Shown here: piece by piece, positions 26,576 to 34,594 of the stretch
Layout of the letters: every line of letters starts with the position of its first letter
Position numbering within the stretch: the stretch's first letter is position 1
IMG/VR virus record: IMGVR_UViG_3300038559_000036
Source of the DNA: a virus
Strand: one strand, 5' to 3'
DNA: 39,801 nucleotides
The notes under the pieces: generated by a model
The model's database searches: none
Told to the model about the DNA's origin: nothing
What the model saw: only the letters and a program-made list of their open reading frames with translations
Translations under genes and position numbers: made by a program

Positions 26576-26772
26576 TCTCTCCGCCCATCATATCTTGGTA
26601 ATTCCTCTATTTCTTCTATAGACAAGCCCAAGCATTTACTTATTATCTCTGGGCTTACGCCAGCATTTAATAAGTTAATGGCAATTTCTCTAGCTTTTTC
26701 AATTTTCGCTTCTAAAATAATTAAAACCTCGTACGTTATAAAATCTGCTTCCGTATAATGTTCTTTATTCAT
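26572..26772 (-). CDS. Small protein resembling the C-terminal tail domain of Rpn/YhgA-like nucleases
   Basis: EAKIEKAREIAINLLNAGVSPEIISKCLGLSIEEIEEL matches, as I remember it, the conserved C-terminal (..IA.nmL..G.....I...tGLs.eEi..L) segment of the Rpn family. No nuclease domain is present. Confidence 0.4.
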   Translation of the reverse strand: MNKEHYTEADFITYEVLIILEAKIEKAREIAINLLNAGVSPEIISKCLGLSIEEIEELPRYDGRRD

Positions 26773-26852
26773 TCTTATATAGTAGGCGCATAATGAATGA
26801 TAAAAAATAGCATATACACTAATAATTTATGTTAGTGTATATGCGCTTAATA

Positions 26853-27206
26853 CTATATTCTAAGCTTTTTTTTAGCTGGCGAATTAGGAGCGTCAACTAC
26901 ACTAGCTACCGTAGATACAGCGCTTTCCACGCCCTCAACAATAGGTAATGCTTCTGGAGCAACAACACCAACTACAGTGTTAACAACAGGCTCAACAGCT
27001 TCTACAGTTGAAACAGCGGCCGCAACTTCCGGTTGAATATTAGAAACTGCGCTAGCAACATCGGATTCAATCTTAGGGGCTTCGGCTTCCACATGATGTC
27101 CAATGGCATCTATTTTAGCATGGAAATTAGCCATGGCTTCGTGTAATTCGGCTTTAAGTTTATTTAATACAGTCGTAATGCTTTTAGGTTGATTATCAGT
27201 AGGCAT
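26853..27206 (-). CDS. Hypothetical Ala/Val/Glu-rich protein
   Basis: 117-aa ORF in the accessory island. No motif recognised. Confidence 0.45.
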   Translation of the reverse strand: MPTDNQPKSITTVLNKLKAELHEAMANFHAKIDAIGHHVEAEAPKIESDVASAVSNIQPEVAAAVSTVEAVEPVVNTVVGVVAPEALPIVEGVESAVSTVASVVDAPNSPAKKKLRI

Positions 27207-27231
27207 CGTAACTCTCCTTGTTTGTTAAAAT

Positions 27232-27438
27232 TTATGGTGAACCAGGTTTATATTTAGGCGATGGCGGTAATTCTATAGTACGCCAATATTCAACTGAAGA
27301 TTCTCGGTGAAATTCGGCAAGTTCAGCCTCAGTAGGCGCATAATCTGAAAGGATAACGCAATCTTCTGCAATTTCGATTACCTTTTCATCTTCGGATTTT
27401 TCTGTTATTACAGGTACCGATTCATCTTCGTTTTTCAT
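27232..27438 (-). CDS. Small strongly acidic protein
   Basis: 68 aa, roughly a quarter Asp/Glu. It overlaps the upstream gene by 4 nt. Confidence 0.45.
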   Translation of the reverse strand: MKNEDESVPVITEKSEDEKVIEIAEDCVILSDYAPTEAELAEFHRESSVEYWRTIELPPSPKYKPGSP

Positions 27439-27650
27439 TTCTTTTTCTTTACCTTAAGAACTTTGTTAGCCTTAGCATCTATCTTTTCTTCTGTTTCTTT
27501 AGATATTTTACCCTTATGCTCCATCTCAGATGCACGAGCCTTAGCATTGGCAGCGTGAGATTTGTCAGGCACTGGAAACTTACGTGATTTGGGTAATGCA
27601 AACTCTTTTGGTTTTAATTTCTTTCTGGCGTTAGTTGTTAGTTTTGACAT
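27435..27650 (-). CDS. Small basic protein (F.LP..RKFPV.D..HA.NA.ARA motif)
   Basis: 71-aa ORF. I recall the motif from small phage/plasmid proteins of unknown function. Confidence 0.5.
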   Translation of the reverse strand: MSKLTTNARKKLKPKEFALPKSRKFPVPDKSHAANAKARASEMEHKGKISKETEEKIDAKANKVLKVKKKK

Positions 27651-27654
27651 TTTA

Positions 27655-27816
27655 TTAATCCTTTAAAAATAGTTTACTTCTTTCTTCTTCAAATTTAGCG
27701 TCAGCTAAAAGATTCTTATAACCTGAATCTTGATTCAACTCAAGAACCTCATATTGCTCCAAAGTAATCAGAGGCAGCGGCTTTAATGGCGGAAAGGTAT
27801 GTGATTTAGTTGTCAT
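27655..27816 (-). CDS. Possible 53-aa protein overlapping the methyltransferase stop
   Basis: Hand translation gives MTTKSHTFPPLKPLPLITLEQYEVLELNQDSGYKNLLADAKFEEERSKLFLKD. Its start overlaps the end of the MTase gene (coupling-type arrangement). It is below the track cutoff. Confidence 0.35.
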   Translation of the reverse strand: MTTKSHTFPPLKPLPLITLEQYEVLELNQDSGYKNLLADAKFEEERSKLFLKD

Positions 27817-28858
27817 TCGCTATCCTTTTAATCGCAATATCCATATATTCCTGTTGCTTTTCAATTCCTATGAACCTAAATCCCTCTAGCTTAGCAGCAA
27901 TTCCAGTTGAACCGCTGCCCATAAACGGATCGAGTATAACGCCATTAGGCGGTGTAACTAGTCTACATAAGTATTGCATTAATTTAATTGGTTTTACAGT
28001 GGGATGATTGTTATGTTGGCCTCTTTCTGCGGACGACGCTTTAGCACAATAGAAAAAGCGGGACGGCGAACCTAAACTTGCTTCTACCTCTTCGCTACCA
28101 TCGTGGATAAAGTTTGCTGGAAAACGGCCTGACACGGTCGATTTAAATTGCCTTGACACCCAATTATCATCGTGCATAACCCCTAAAGTTTTCATACTTT
28201 GATACGTTCTAGTTTCTGTTCCAACCCGACACCCATCGATATTAATCCCGCCAGTACCATGTTTTAGCACGTTACTTGCTATATTCTTTTCGCTTAGTGG
28301 TTTTCTTGCCACAATTATTGGCTCGTGTGCTGGTTTTAATTGAGAACCCCAGCCATCCCACTTTTTGGCATCGTATGTTGGCGGCGTGGTTATGTTAATA
28401 TCAATCCTTTCTTTAAGCTTGCTTTTTTCACTGCCAAACCCAGCGTTCCCCTTTATATCTTGGCTACTTTTTAAAACGCCTATAACCTCTCTTTCAGCAC
28501 CAGCCATCTTATCGATAGCCTTGCTAACATTTAAGTTTTTAGGAAAACCGCTTCCATAAACCCACATGATTTGATCCCGAATTTCAAACCCGGCATCTTC
28601 AATTGCACAGGCCATCCTATGATAAGTGCGGCTACCGCCGAACGCTAATAAATGGCCACCTGGCTTTAATACCTCTAGGCATAGTTTCCATAACTCGACA
28701 TCATTAGCAATGCCAGACTTATCCCAGCCTTTGTTCATAAACCCAAGTTCATACGGCGGGTCAGTAACAATTGCATCTACCTGTTGACCCTTTGCAATCA
28801 AATCCCTTATCGCATCTTTACAATCCGACAAGACGCAGACATATCCCTTGTCTAACAC
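27806..28858 (-). CDS. Orphan beta-class N6-adenine (or N4-cytosine) DNA methyltransferase
   Basis: Motif IV AIVTDPPYELGF lies near the N-terminus and motif I VILDPFMGSGSTGIAA near the C-terminus, which is the permuted beta-class order. DPPY favours N6-adenine. No restriction endonuclease gene is adjacent. Confidence 0.9.
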   Translation of the reverse strand: MLDKGYVCVLSDCKDAIRDLIAKGQQVDAIVTDPPYELGFMNKGWDKSGIANDVELWKLCLEVLKPGGHLLAFGGSRTYHRMACAIEDAGFEIRDQIMWVYGSGFPKNLNVSKAIDKMAGAEREVIGVLKSSQDIKGNAGFGSEKSKLKERIDINITTPPTYDAKKWDGWGSQLKPAHEPIIVARKPLSEKNIASNVLKHGTGGINIDGCRVGTETRTYQSMKTLGVMHDDNWVSRQFKSTVSGRFPANFIHDGSEEVEASLGSPSRFFYCAKASSAERGQHNNHPTVKPIKLMQYLCRLVTPPNGVILDPFMGSGSTGIAAKLEGFRFIGIEKQQEYMDIAIKRIANDN

Positions 28859-30963
28859 TATTCTTCCCTATGTTTGTGGGCTATTTCTGCACTTTTAATT
28901 ACATGCTCCACCGCAGTTCTAGCATTTTCGGAATCAACCTTTTCTTGCTCAATTCCAAGTTTGATTTGGTTCTGATTAATTTGCGCCATAATCTGCATAA
29001 ACTTAACATCAGTTAAGGTCTTCTCATTAGCAACTTTAGCAGCTTGGATAGCTAGCTCTCCTTCTTGTTTTTGTTGTTGTTGCTGAATCTTAGCCATCTC
29101 AATTTGTTTAATGGCCTCAGTTTGCTCACGCATTGCGGTTTCTTCAGGATTGCCTTGCTGTGCTTGTTGTTGTTTTTGTTCTTCTAATTGCTTCATAAAC
29201 TGAACGGCTTGAGCCTTAAGCCCCTCAATACCTCTAATGTCCATGTTATCTAGAATTGTTTCTAGCCCCATAGTATTAATAAACTCAGCAAACAATTGAC
29301 TGGACTGCATCATTCTAATTATTTGATCAAGCGCTACTTGTTTTTGTACTGCGCTACTAACCCCTGCTTCAACCTTAATCTGTAAACTATTTGGGTTGTA
29401 ACTAAAGTCTACGCTTTCAGGATTATTTGGGTGATTAATAATTTGGTAAGAGCGCTTACCGTCAGGCGCCTTTACTGGTAAGCTTCTAGGCGTTACATAA
29501 TACTTAGGAATTAAGTCAACAACTATTTGGGCAACCCTATTTAAGCCTCTAATATAGCCCTGTAAATAAGGAATGGCCGCAGCATTAGATTGCATTGCTC
29601 CTTGCTGTATGGCGACCCCTGATATTTGCTTATCGTTAGTTCCTAATATGGAATCATACGTACCTAATATAGTTTGGGTAACCTGATCGGTCCCCATAAA
29701 AGTCATATTAACAATGTCGGGAGTAGGGGTTCGTTGAACTTCTCTTGGGGGCGGTAATGGTTGCTCTGGATTATCTTTATAAAATGCGTTATAAACCAAC
29801 GTAGATGCTTGCTGTACGTTTTTATAAGCGTCCGCATAATCCTCTGGTATAGACTCAACTGCTACCATAAATTTATGTTGCACCATGTTTTCAATTTCGG
29901 CAGCAACGGTCTGTCCTGAGAAGTTTTTAAGTTGTTGCACACCTTTAGCATGATAAACAAAAGGCCTGGTCATCTGCATTGATGCATCATCTTCGTTTTC
30001 TCTAATTACCACACTATTGCCATCAATAAATACTAACGGGAAGAACTTATAGGATGTTTCTTCGTGAGACAGTACTTTATCTTCACAAACCATATAGCGA
30101 TCAATTGTTTCGATAATGGTTTCTCTTTCATCTATAAGAATGGGGGCTTGTTCAATAAACCCTTGATTACCCCATAGTTTAAGGAATTCCTCATAATGTT
30201 TTTTAACAATAGTATGGCCGTTAGAAAGTTTTACGATCTTCTCTTTCTTCTTTTTCTTGCAGTAGTAATCGGCAACCAGTATGATTTCTTGATCTTGATT
30301 TAAATAGCTCCAATTAAAATCGCCTACATGGCTCGATCTTTCAAACTTCATATTGTCGGCCGAGCCTTTACCGAATTCTTCTTCAAAATCTTCTTTTGAT
30401 TTAGGGATTAACTGAAAGCAGTAATTACCATCGCCCTTATGTGATTCTCTGGCTAACGGATCGAAGCCAGTTAAAGTTGGATCGAATACTCGCTCTACTT
30501 TAATATTTTGCTCAAAAGATAGCTCGTTAATGTAGCCTGTATAAACGTGGACAACACTATAACCACCAGCTAATAAGTCTGAATAAATGTTATACTCTAG
30601 TGCATCGTTGGAGGCGTCAAAGAAAATCTCTCTTAAATGCGCCTCTATTATTTCTAATGTTTGTAAAAATTCTGGGGTTAGCTCTTCAATTCGCACACCG
30701 TCGGCAGCTCTTGCCACTATTGATGGTTCTTGTTTCGCGAACTCGCCTCTTAGCCTTGAAATCATCGCTTCTAAGATGTTAAATTCTATTGCAGGTTTTT
30801 GTAGCACATCTAATTTAGTGATGTCATCGGACGATAACGAAGTCTGGAAGACAAACTTCATAAAGTCATTAAAGCGATTAACATTCTTTATAAAATATTC
30901 GTGCGCGTGCTCAATATTTTTCTTGATTTCGTTTAACTTATCCGTGTGCTTTTTAGCTACCAT
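28858..30963 (-). CDS. Portal protein (P22-like, with long Q-rich C-terminal coiled coil)
   Basis: 701 aa, in the terminase-proximal position. The C-terminal ~120 aa (QLEEQKQQQAQQ...KIQQQQQKQEGELAIQAAK) resembles the P22 portal barrel. Confidence 0.75.
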   Translation of the reverse strand: MVAKKHTDKLNEIKKNIEHAHEYFIKNVNRFNDFMKFVFQTSLSSDDITKLDVLQKPAIEFNILEAMISRLRGEFAKQEPSIVARAADGVRIEELTPEFLQTLEIIEAHLREIFFDASNDALEYNIYSDLLAGGYSVVHVYTGYINELSFEQNIKVERVFDPTLTGFDPLARESHKGDGNYCFQLIPKSKEDFEEEFGKGSADNMKFERSSHVGDFNWSYLNQDQEIILVADYYCKKKKKEKIVKLSNGHTIVKKHYEEFLKLWGNQGFIEQAPILIDERETIIETIDRYMVCEDKVLSHEETSYKFFPLVFIDGNSVVIRENEDDASMQMTRPFVYHAKGVQQLKNFSGQTVAAEIENMVQHKFMVAVESIPEDYADAYKNVQQASTLVYNAFYKDNPEQPLPPPREVQRTPTPDIVNMTFMGTDQVTQTILGTYDSILGTNDKQISGVAIQQGAMQSNAAAIPYLQGYIRGLNRVAQIVVDLIPKYYVTPRSLPVKAPDGKRSYQIINHPNNPESVDFSYNPNSLQIKVEAGVSSAVQKQVALDQIIRMMQSSQLFAEFINTMGLETILDNMDIRGIEGLKAQAVQFMKQLEEQKQQQAQQGNPEETAMREQTEAIKQIEMAKIQQQQQKQEGELAIQAAKVANEKTLTDVKFMQIMAQINQNQIKLGIEQEKVDSENARTAVEHVIKSAEIAHKHREE

Positions 30964-31068
30964 TTGAAATCCTTTTCTGGTGGTTGAACTACTTAGATAG
31001 ATACATTCCTTATATCTAAGTTTTTAGTATAGTAAAATCTAAGGAAATAACTATAAATGGGGATAAGA

Positions 31069-31305
31069 ATGGCACACATAGATACATTACAAGTATACAA
31101 AGAATATTTATCTGGGGGCTACACAGAAAGCCAAGCAATTACGGCTGTAAAGGCCTTGAATGCCTCATTTGACGGCGCAGCCACTAAAGAAGATTTAAAT
31201 AGCCTAGAAAAAAGAATAGATTCAAAGTTTGATGCTAAGTTCGGTATGCTAGAAAAAGCCTGCATAGCAATAATTGTGCTGCTTCTGAAGGTAGCTTTTT
31301 GGTGA
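31069..31305 (+). CDS. DUF1640-like coiled-coil protein with C-terminal TM anchor (paralogue 4 of 6)
   Basis: MAHIDTLQVYKEYLSGGYTESQAITAVKAL...AATKEDLNSLEKRIDSKFD followed by the hydrophobic tail. A GGGGAT RBS lies upstream of ATG 31069. Confidence 0.7.
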   Translation: MAHIDTLQVYKEYLSGGYTESQAITAVKALNASFDGAATKEDLNSLEKRIDSKFDAKFGMLEKACIAIIVLLLKVAFW

Positions 31306-31306
31306 T

Positions 31307-31459
31307 TCATATTTTTTCCCTATGGTTGCCTCTAGTGGCTTCAATCCGTTGATCTATCCAGTTGTCTACCTCGCTCTCAAGCCAGCCAACCGATCTGGCT
31401 GAAAGTTTTATAGGTTTAGGGAAAACACCTTTAGAGACTTTTAAATAAGATACCGAACC
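31307..31459 (-). pseudogene. 5'-truncated/frameshifted AlpA-like HTH gene remnant
   Basis: A 50-codon open frame reads GSVSYLKVSKGVFPKPIKLSARSVGWLESEVDNWIDQRIEATRGNHREKI. This is the AlpA C-terminal two-thirds, but there is no start codon. The only upstream ATG (31485) is in another frame and stops after 14 codons. Confidence 0.5.
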
Positions 31460-31527
31460 CTATTGTTCTTTATAATAGGGTTCATAAAGCCATAACGCAT
31501 TGAAAATTAAGGAAATTAAGGTAGACT

Positions 31528-31704
31528 CTATTGTTTTTTGGGAGATCCTTTTTTTGCCCATTCTGGCCTAATAAAGCTAGCCATGCGCTTTGCTGTAGTT
31601 GGGTCAAATTCTTTATTACTTAACCAATCAATTACATCTTGATTCCTTGGATGCTGTTTTTCTTAGTACAGGCTCAGCTTAGATAATGTTTTATATTCTT
31701 TCAT
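31528..31704 (-). pseudogene. Small ORF interrupted by an in-frame TAA at codon 14
   Basis: Hand translation gives MKEYKTLSKLSLY*EKQHPRNQDVIDWLSNKEFDPTTAKRMASFIRPEWAKKGSPKKQ. The stop codon lies at 31663..31665. Confidence 0.3.
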
Positions 31705-31725
31705 TGTACAAAAATGGATAACCAA

Positions 31726-31862
31726 TTTCGTACAATTAAACGATGCTTTTCGTACAATAATTAAGGTTTTCGTACAATTCTTTATCGTTTTCGTATTATG
31801 GATAACAATTTTCGTTAAAGTTGTGCTATTTTCGTACAATTATTTAATTAATTTCGTACTAT
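31726..31862. repeat. Iteron-like array: 7 direct copies of TTTCGTACAAT-like 11-mers spaced 20-22 bp
   Basis: Copies start at 31726, 31748, 31768, 31789, 31810, 31830 and 31852. Four are perfect through TCGTACAAT and three are degenerate. TGGATAAC(C)AAT also occurs twice, at 31714 and 31798. Confidence 0.9.
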
Positions 31863-32104
31863 AAATTGTTATTTTTAAAAAATTTATTTGCACTAGAAAA
31901 CTTCCTGTTCAGATTTTCTACTGACAAATTTTCTTTTTCAGGAAATTTATTTGCAATATCATCAATTAGTTTATTTTGAGTTTTATAAGGGGTAATACTA
32001 TTATGTTCATCATGTCCTTTTGATATTAGCACACGTAATAAGCTGCCTATATGGTAATCATATATTTCTTTCTCCTCCACGTAGGAGCCCAGCTTTTTGA
32101 ACAC
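31859..32104 (-). CDS. Hypothetical 81-aa protein in accessory insertion
   Basis: ORF only, Lys/Asn-rich, no motif recognised. Its stop overlaps the last iteron-like copy. Confidence 0.4.
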   Translation of the reverse strand: MFKKLGSYVEEKEIYDYHIGSLLRVLISKGHDEHNSITPYKTQNKLIDDIANKFPEKENLSVENLNRKFSSANKFFKNNNL

Positions 32105-32129
32105 ATCAACATTTGACTCTAATGAGTTA

Positions 32130-32252
32130 TAAATAGCCTAGAAAAAAGAATAGATTCAAAGTTTGATTAAAGTTATGATTACAGTATAATTTATTTGATG
32201 TTCTTTATTAGCCGTTAGTAGTTCTGCAAAAACACTAACGGTAGCTTTTTGG
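32130..32252 (+). pseudogene. Duplicated 3'-end fragment of the DUF1640-like gene at 31069..31305
   Basis: 32130..32167 is a perfect 38-bp copy of 31196..31233 (encoding NSLEKRIDSKFD), followed here by an immediate stop. GGTAGCTTTTTGG is also repeated, at 31290..31302 and 32240..32252. Confidence 0.7.
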
Positions 32253-32258
32253 CCTTAA

Positions 32259-33818
32259 TTATTTTCTAGACCTCCTAATGGCTGTCAGTTTAGTATTAAA
32301 ATCTTGCGCCAATGATTTAAGTATTGGTGCGCTTGGGTTTGGCTGTTCCCTAAATGCCGTAACAGGATAAGCAAAAGTTAAACAAAGCGCGTCCGCTTCG
32401 TCTGACGACCTGATTCCCCTCTTTTTCATATCTTCCTTTTTCTCCATAACCAATCTAGAGTTGGAATCAAAACTATAGCGTATACCGCATAAATCTGCAT
32501 GTAAGCTGTCTACATCTGGTATTTGTACTGGGATATCCTCTAGCCAATTGGCGCACTTACCCCACATCTCAGCACGCTTATTTGAATACTTCTGGTCGTC
32601 TAAGCTTTTTGAACCAGCGTTAACCGCAACGACAGCCTCCTTGTGGCCTAATTCATTAAGCCTGTCGACAACACCAGCTCCCAATCCGCCGACATCAACA
32701 AACACCTTTAAAGGCCGATGCTGTTCAATCAATGAATGAACAATGCCAGTTACCTCCATTGTGTCTTTCTTGGTATAGCTTTGTAATCCAAATGCCACAC
32801 GGCCTTGCCTAAAGATTATTGAAGTGCGATCATCACCAAATCGGGCAGGGTCAACCCCCATAATTAAAGGGCCGTATTTCTCTGCCGTTTCTTTTCTCGC
32901 TCGCATTACTATTGATGAATCGATAAATGAATTCTCGCCTTTAAGTTGGAAAGCCTCATTTGGATTGCATGGATATTCCTGGCAAAAGCTTTTCTCCCCG
33001 TCTTGACCGTTAACTGATAAATCAGTAATTTTAAATCGCCGCCAGGCTATCTGCTCTAAGGTTAACCGATAAGCTTCAATTAAGCGTAACTCTATATGAT
33101 TAGGTTTAAAGTCCGGCGACGTTTGTCTTTTATATTCGTCTTGCCAGAACCATGGAACAAAGATAGCTATAAAATCAGACATGCCGCCCTCTGCTTTTTG
33201 CCACATCTGATGAAAGTAATTACCAACCCCGTTAGCGGTTGATTCCAATATGATCTCTGTTCCTGTTGCGTCTGGCACGGCTTGCAGTATACCTTTAGTA
33301 TGCTCGTGAGCATTTGCCCAAAAGGCAATCTCAGAGCCATGGAATAATTGAATAGTACTGGAGCGCCCAACCGCTTTATTTTCGGCTGTTCCTAGTTTAT
33401 ATCCGCTATCTAACCGCCCAAAGATAAGCTCTTTAGAGTTGTTGGTGCTAATATCAGGCTGAACTAAGTTTGGGGTATTCTGATAAAACCGCTGCGCCAT
33501 CTTAAATAGATTATTGGTAGCATCTAATGCATGAGTTAAGATAAAGCATTGTGTCCCCTTATTATGCGTTGTTTTATGGTAGTATCTGCCGCCAACATAC
33601 GTACTGCATCCTTGTTGTCTTCCTTTCAAGATCAGTGCTCTAACTCTACCTGTTTGTCTTCTTTGATCTTCTAATCGCTCATGTATATACTGCTGCGCTT
33701 TATTTAAGACAAACGGCGCAATCTCACCTTGCTTAGTGCGGATTTTAAGACAACGCGAAGCATAATGTATAAAGTTGTCTTTTAAAAGTTGGCGTGTCTT
33801 AATCTCGTCATCAGTCAT
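32259..33818 (-). CDS. terL: Terminase large subunit
   Basis: 519 aa with the Walker A-like ILKGRQQGCSTY and C-terminal nuclease-type acidic motifs (VFVDVGGLGAGVVDRL, SSDEADAL). It overlaps the upstream gene by 8 nt. Confidence 0.85.
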   Translation of the reverse strand: MTDDEIKTRQLLKDNFIHYASRCLKIRTKQGEIAPFVLNKAQQYIHERLEDQRRQTGRVRALILKGRQQGCSTYVGGRYYHKTTHNKGTQCFILTHALDATNNLFKMAQRFYQNTPNLVQPDISTNNSKELIFGRLDSGYKLGTAENKAVGRSSTIQLFHGSEIAFWANAHEHTKGILQAVPDATGTEIILESTANGVGNYFHQMWQKAEGGMSDFIAIFVPWFWQDEYKRQTSPDFKPNHIELRLIEAYRLTLEQIAWRRFKITDLSVNGQDGEKSFCQEYPCNPNEAFQLKGENSFIDSSIVMRARKETAEKYGPLIMGVDPARFGDDRTSIIFRQGRVAFGLQSYTKKDTMEVTGIVHSLIEQHRPLKVFVDVGGLGAGVVDRLNELGHKEAVVAVNAGSKSLDDQKYSNKRAEMWGKCANWLEDIPVQIPDVDSLHADLCGIRYSFDSNSRLVMEKKEDMKKRGIRSSDEADALCLTFAYPVTAFREQPNPSAPILKSLAQDFNTKLTAIRRSRK

Positions 33819-34128
33819 CGTATGACTTATTGTTTTTTTCGTCCATCATTTTATCATTCCATTTATACGAAGCTTTTTTCCGTAAACTCTTTATAGCGTT
33901 ATCTCTAATTTGAGACGGCCTCGACCAGCTCACTCCAAACGTAGTGGCTATTTCTCTAAAAGTTAAGCCGTCTCGATAAAAAAAGTTTATTACCTGCTGC
34001 TGCTTAGTTGGTAATTGTTTAATATAATCTGGCAATTCTGTTACGGTTATAAGTACACGCCCTTCAAAGTTACCGTTAATTAGCTCTAATAATCGCTCAA
34101 AGCTATGCGAGCGCACACTATAGTTCAT
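33811..34128 (-). CDS. Sigma-70 region-4-like HTH protein (late regulator or packaging accessory)
   Basis: QQQVINFFYRDGLTFREIATTFGVSWSRPSQIRDNAIKSLRKK is a typical region 4.2 / LuxR-type HTH. Confidence 0.55.
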   Translation of the reverse strand: MNYSVRSHSFERLLELINGNFEGRVLITVTELPDYIKQLPTKQQQVINFFYRDGLTFREIATTFGVSWSRPSQIRDNAIKSLRKKASYKWNDKMMDEKNNKSYDD

Positions 34129-34400
34129 CTTTTATCCCTTGTTATTGGTGCTTGCTTTTGATGGGATTCGTGTTTTTTACGTATTAATTGTAATCTTTTA
34201 ATATTCTCTTCTAAAGTAAAACAGCTCGCCAAACTAAAGGCCAATCGTTTTGCTTGCTCTATCTTTTTTGCTAATTTATTAAAACACTCCGCTGTATACC
34301 CACATCCTGTAAGTGGGCTTATATTTTCTAGCGTTTCCTCTATCTCATAGAGGTTTTGTACTATTTCACTTACCAAATCACTTGCATTTAATTCACTCAT
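34125..34400 (-). CDS. Hypothetical protein
   Basis: 91-aa ORF with 4-nt overlaps on both sides. Confidence 0.45.
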   Translation of the reverse strand: MSELNASDLVSEIVQNLYEIEETLENISPLTGCGYTAECFNKLAKKIEQAKRLAFSLASCFTLEENIKRLQLIRKKHESHQKQAPITRDKR

Positions 34401-34594
34401 TCTCTTAACACTCCTTCTAACTTTTGTTTAAATTCTGCCAAAGTAATTGGCGTTACATCAATGGTGCTTGGTGTCATAAACTCGTAGAACATTACAGCTA
34501 ATGCATAAAAGTCTCCTGGAGTTAGCGCATCAAATTCTTTGTTGTTTATAATAGGCGGCCAATTCGGTCCTTGCAGATCTGGTAATGGCCTCAT
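34397..34594 (-). CDS. Hypothetical protein
   Basis: 65-aa ORF with 4-nt overlaps on both sides. Confidence 0.45.
   Translation of the reverse strand: MRPLPDLQGPNWPPIINNKEFDALTPGDFYALAVMFYEFMTPSTIDVTPITLAEFKQKLEGVLRE

Noticed and set aside
30991-31026. Hairpin cttagata-N13-tatctaag followed by ttttt, as a plus-strand terminator upstream of paralogue 4
   Set aside because: No plus-strand gene lies upstream of it. It overlaps the conserved 19-nt motif, so it is more likely part of that promoter or regulatory region or of the portal leader. Its function is not assignable.
31726-31862. CRISPR array, considered for this array, for the 11-bp repeats at 3527..4054 and for the 136-bp repeats at 39403..39801
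   Set aside because: The repeat units are 11 bp with about 10-bp spacers, or contiguous with no spacers, or 136 bp with no spacers. None fits the 24-48-bp repeat and spacer geometry, and there are no cas genes.
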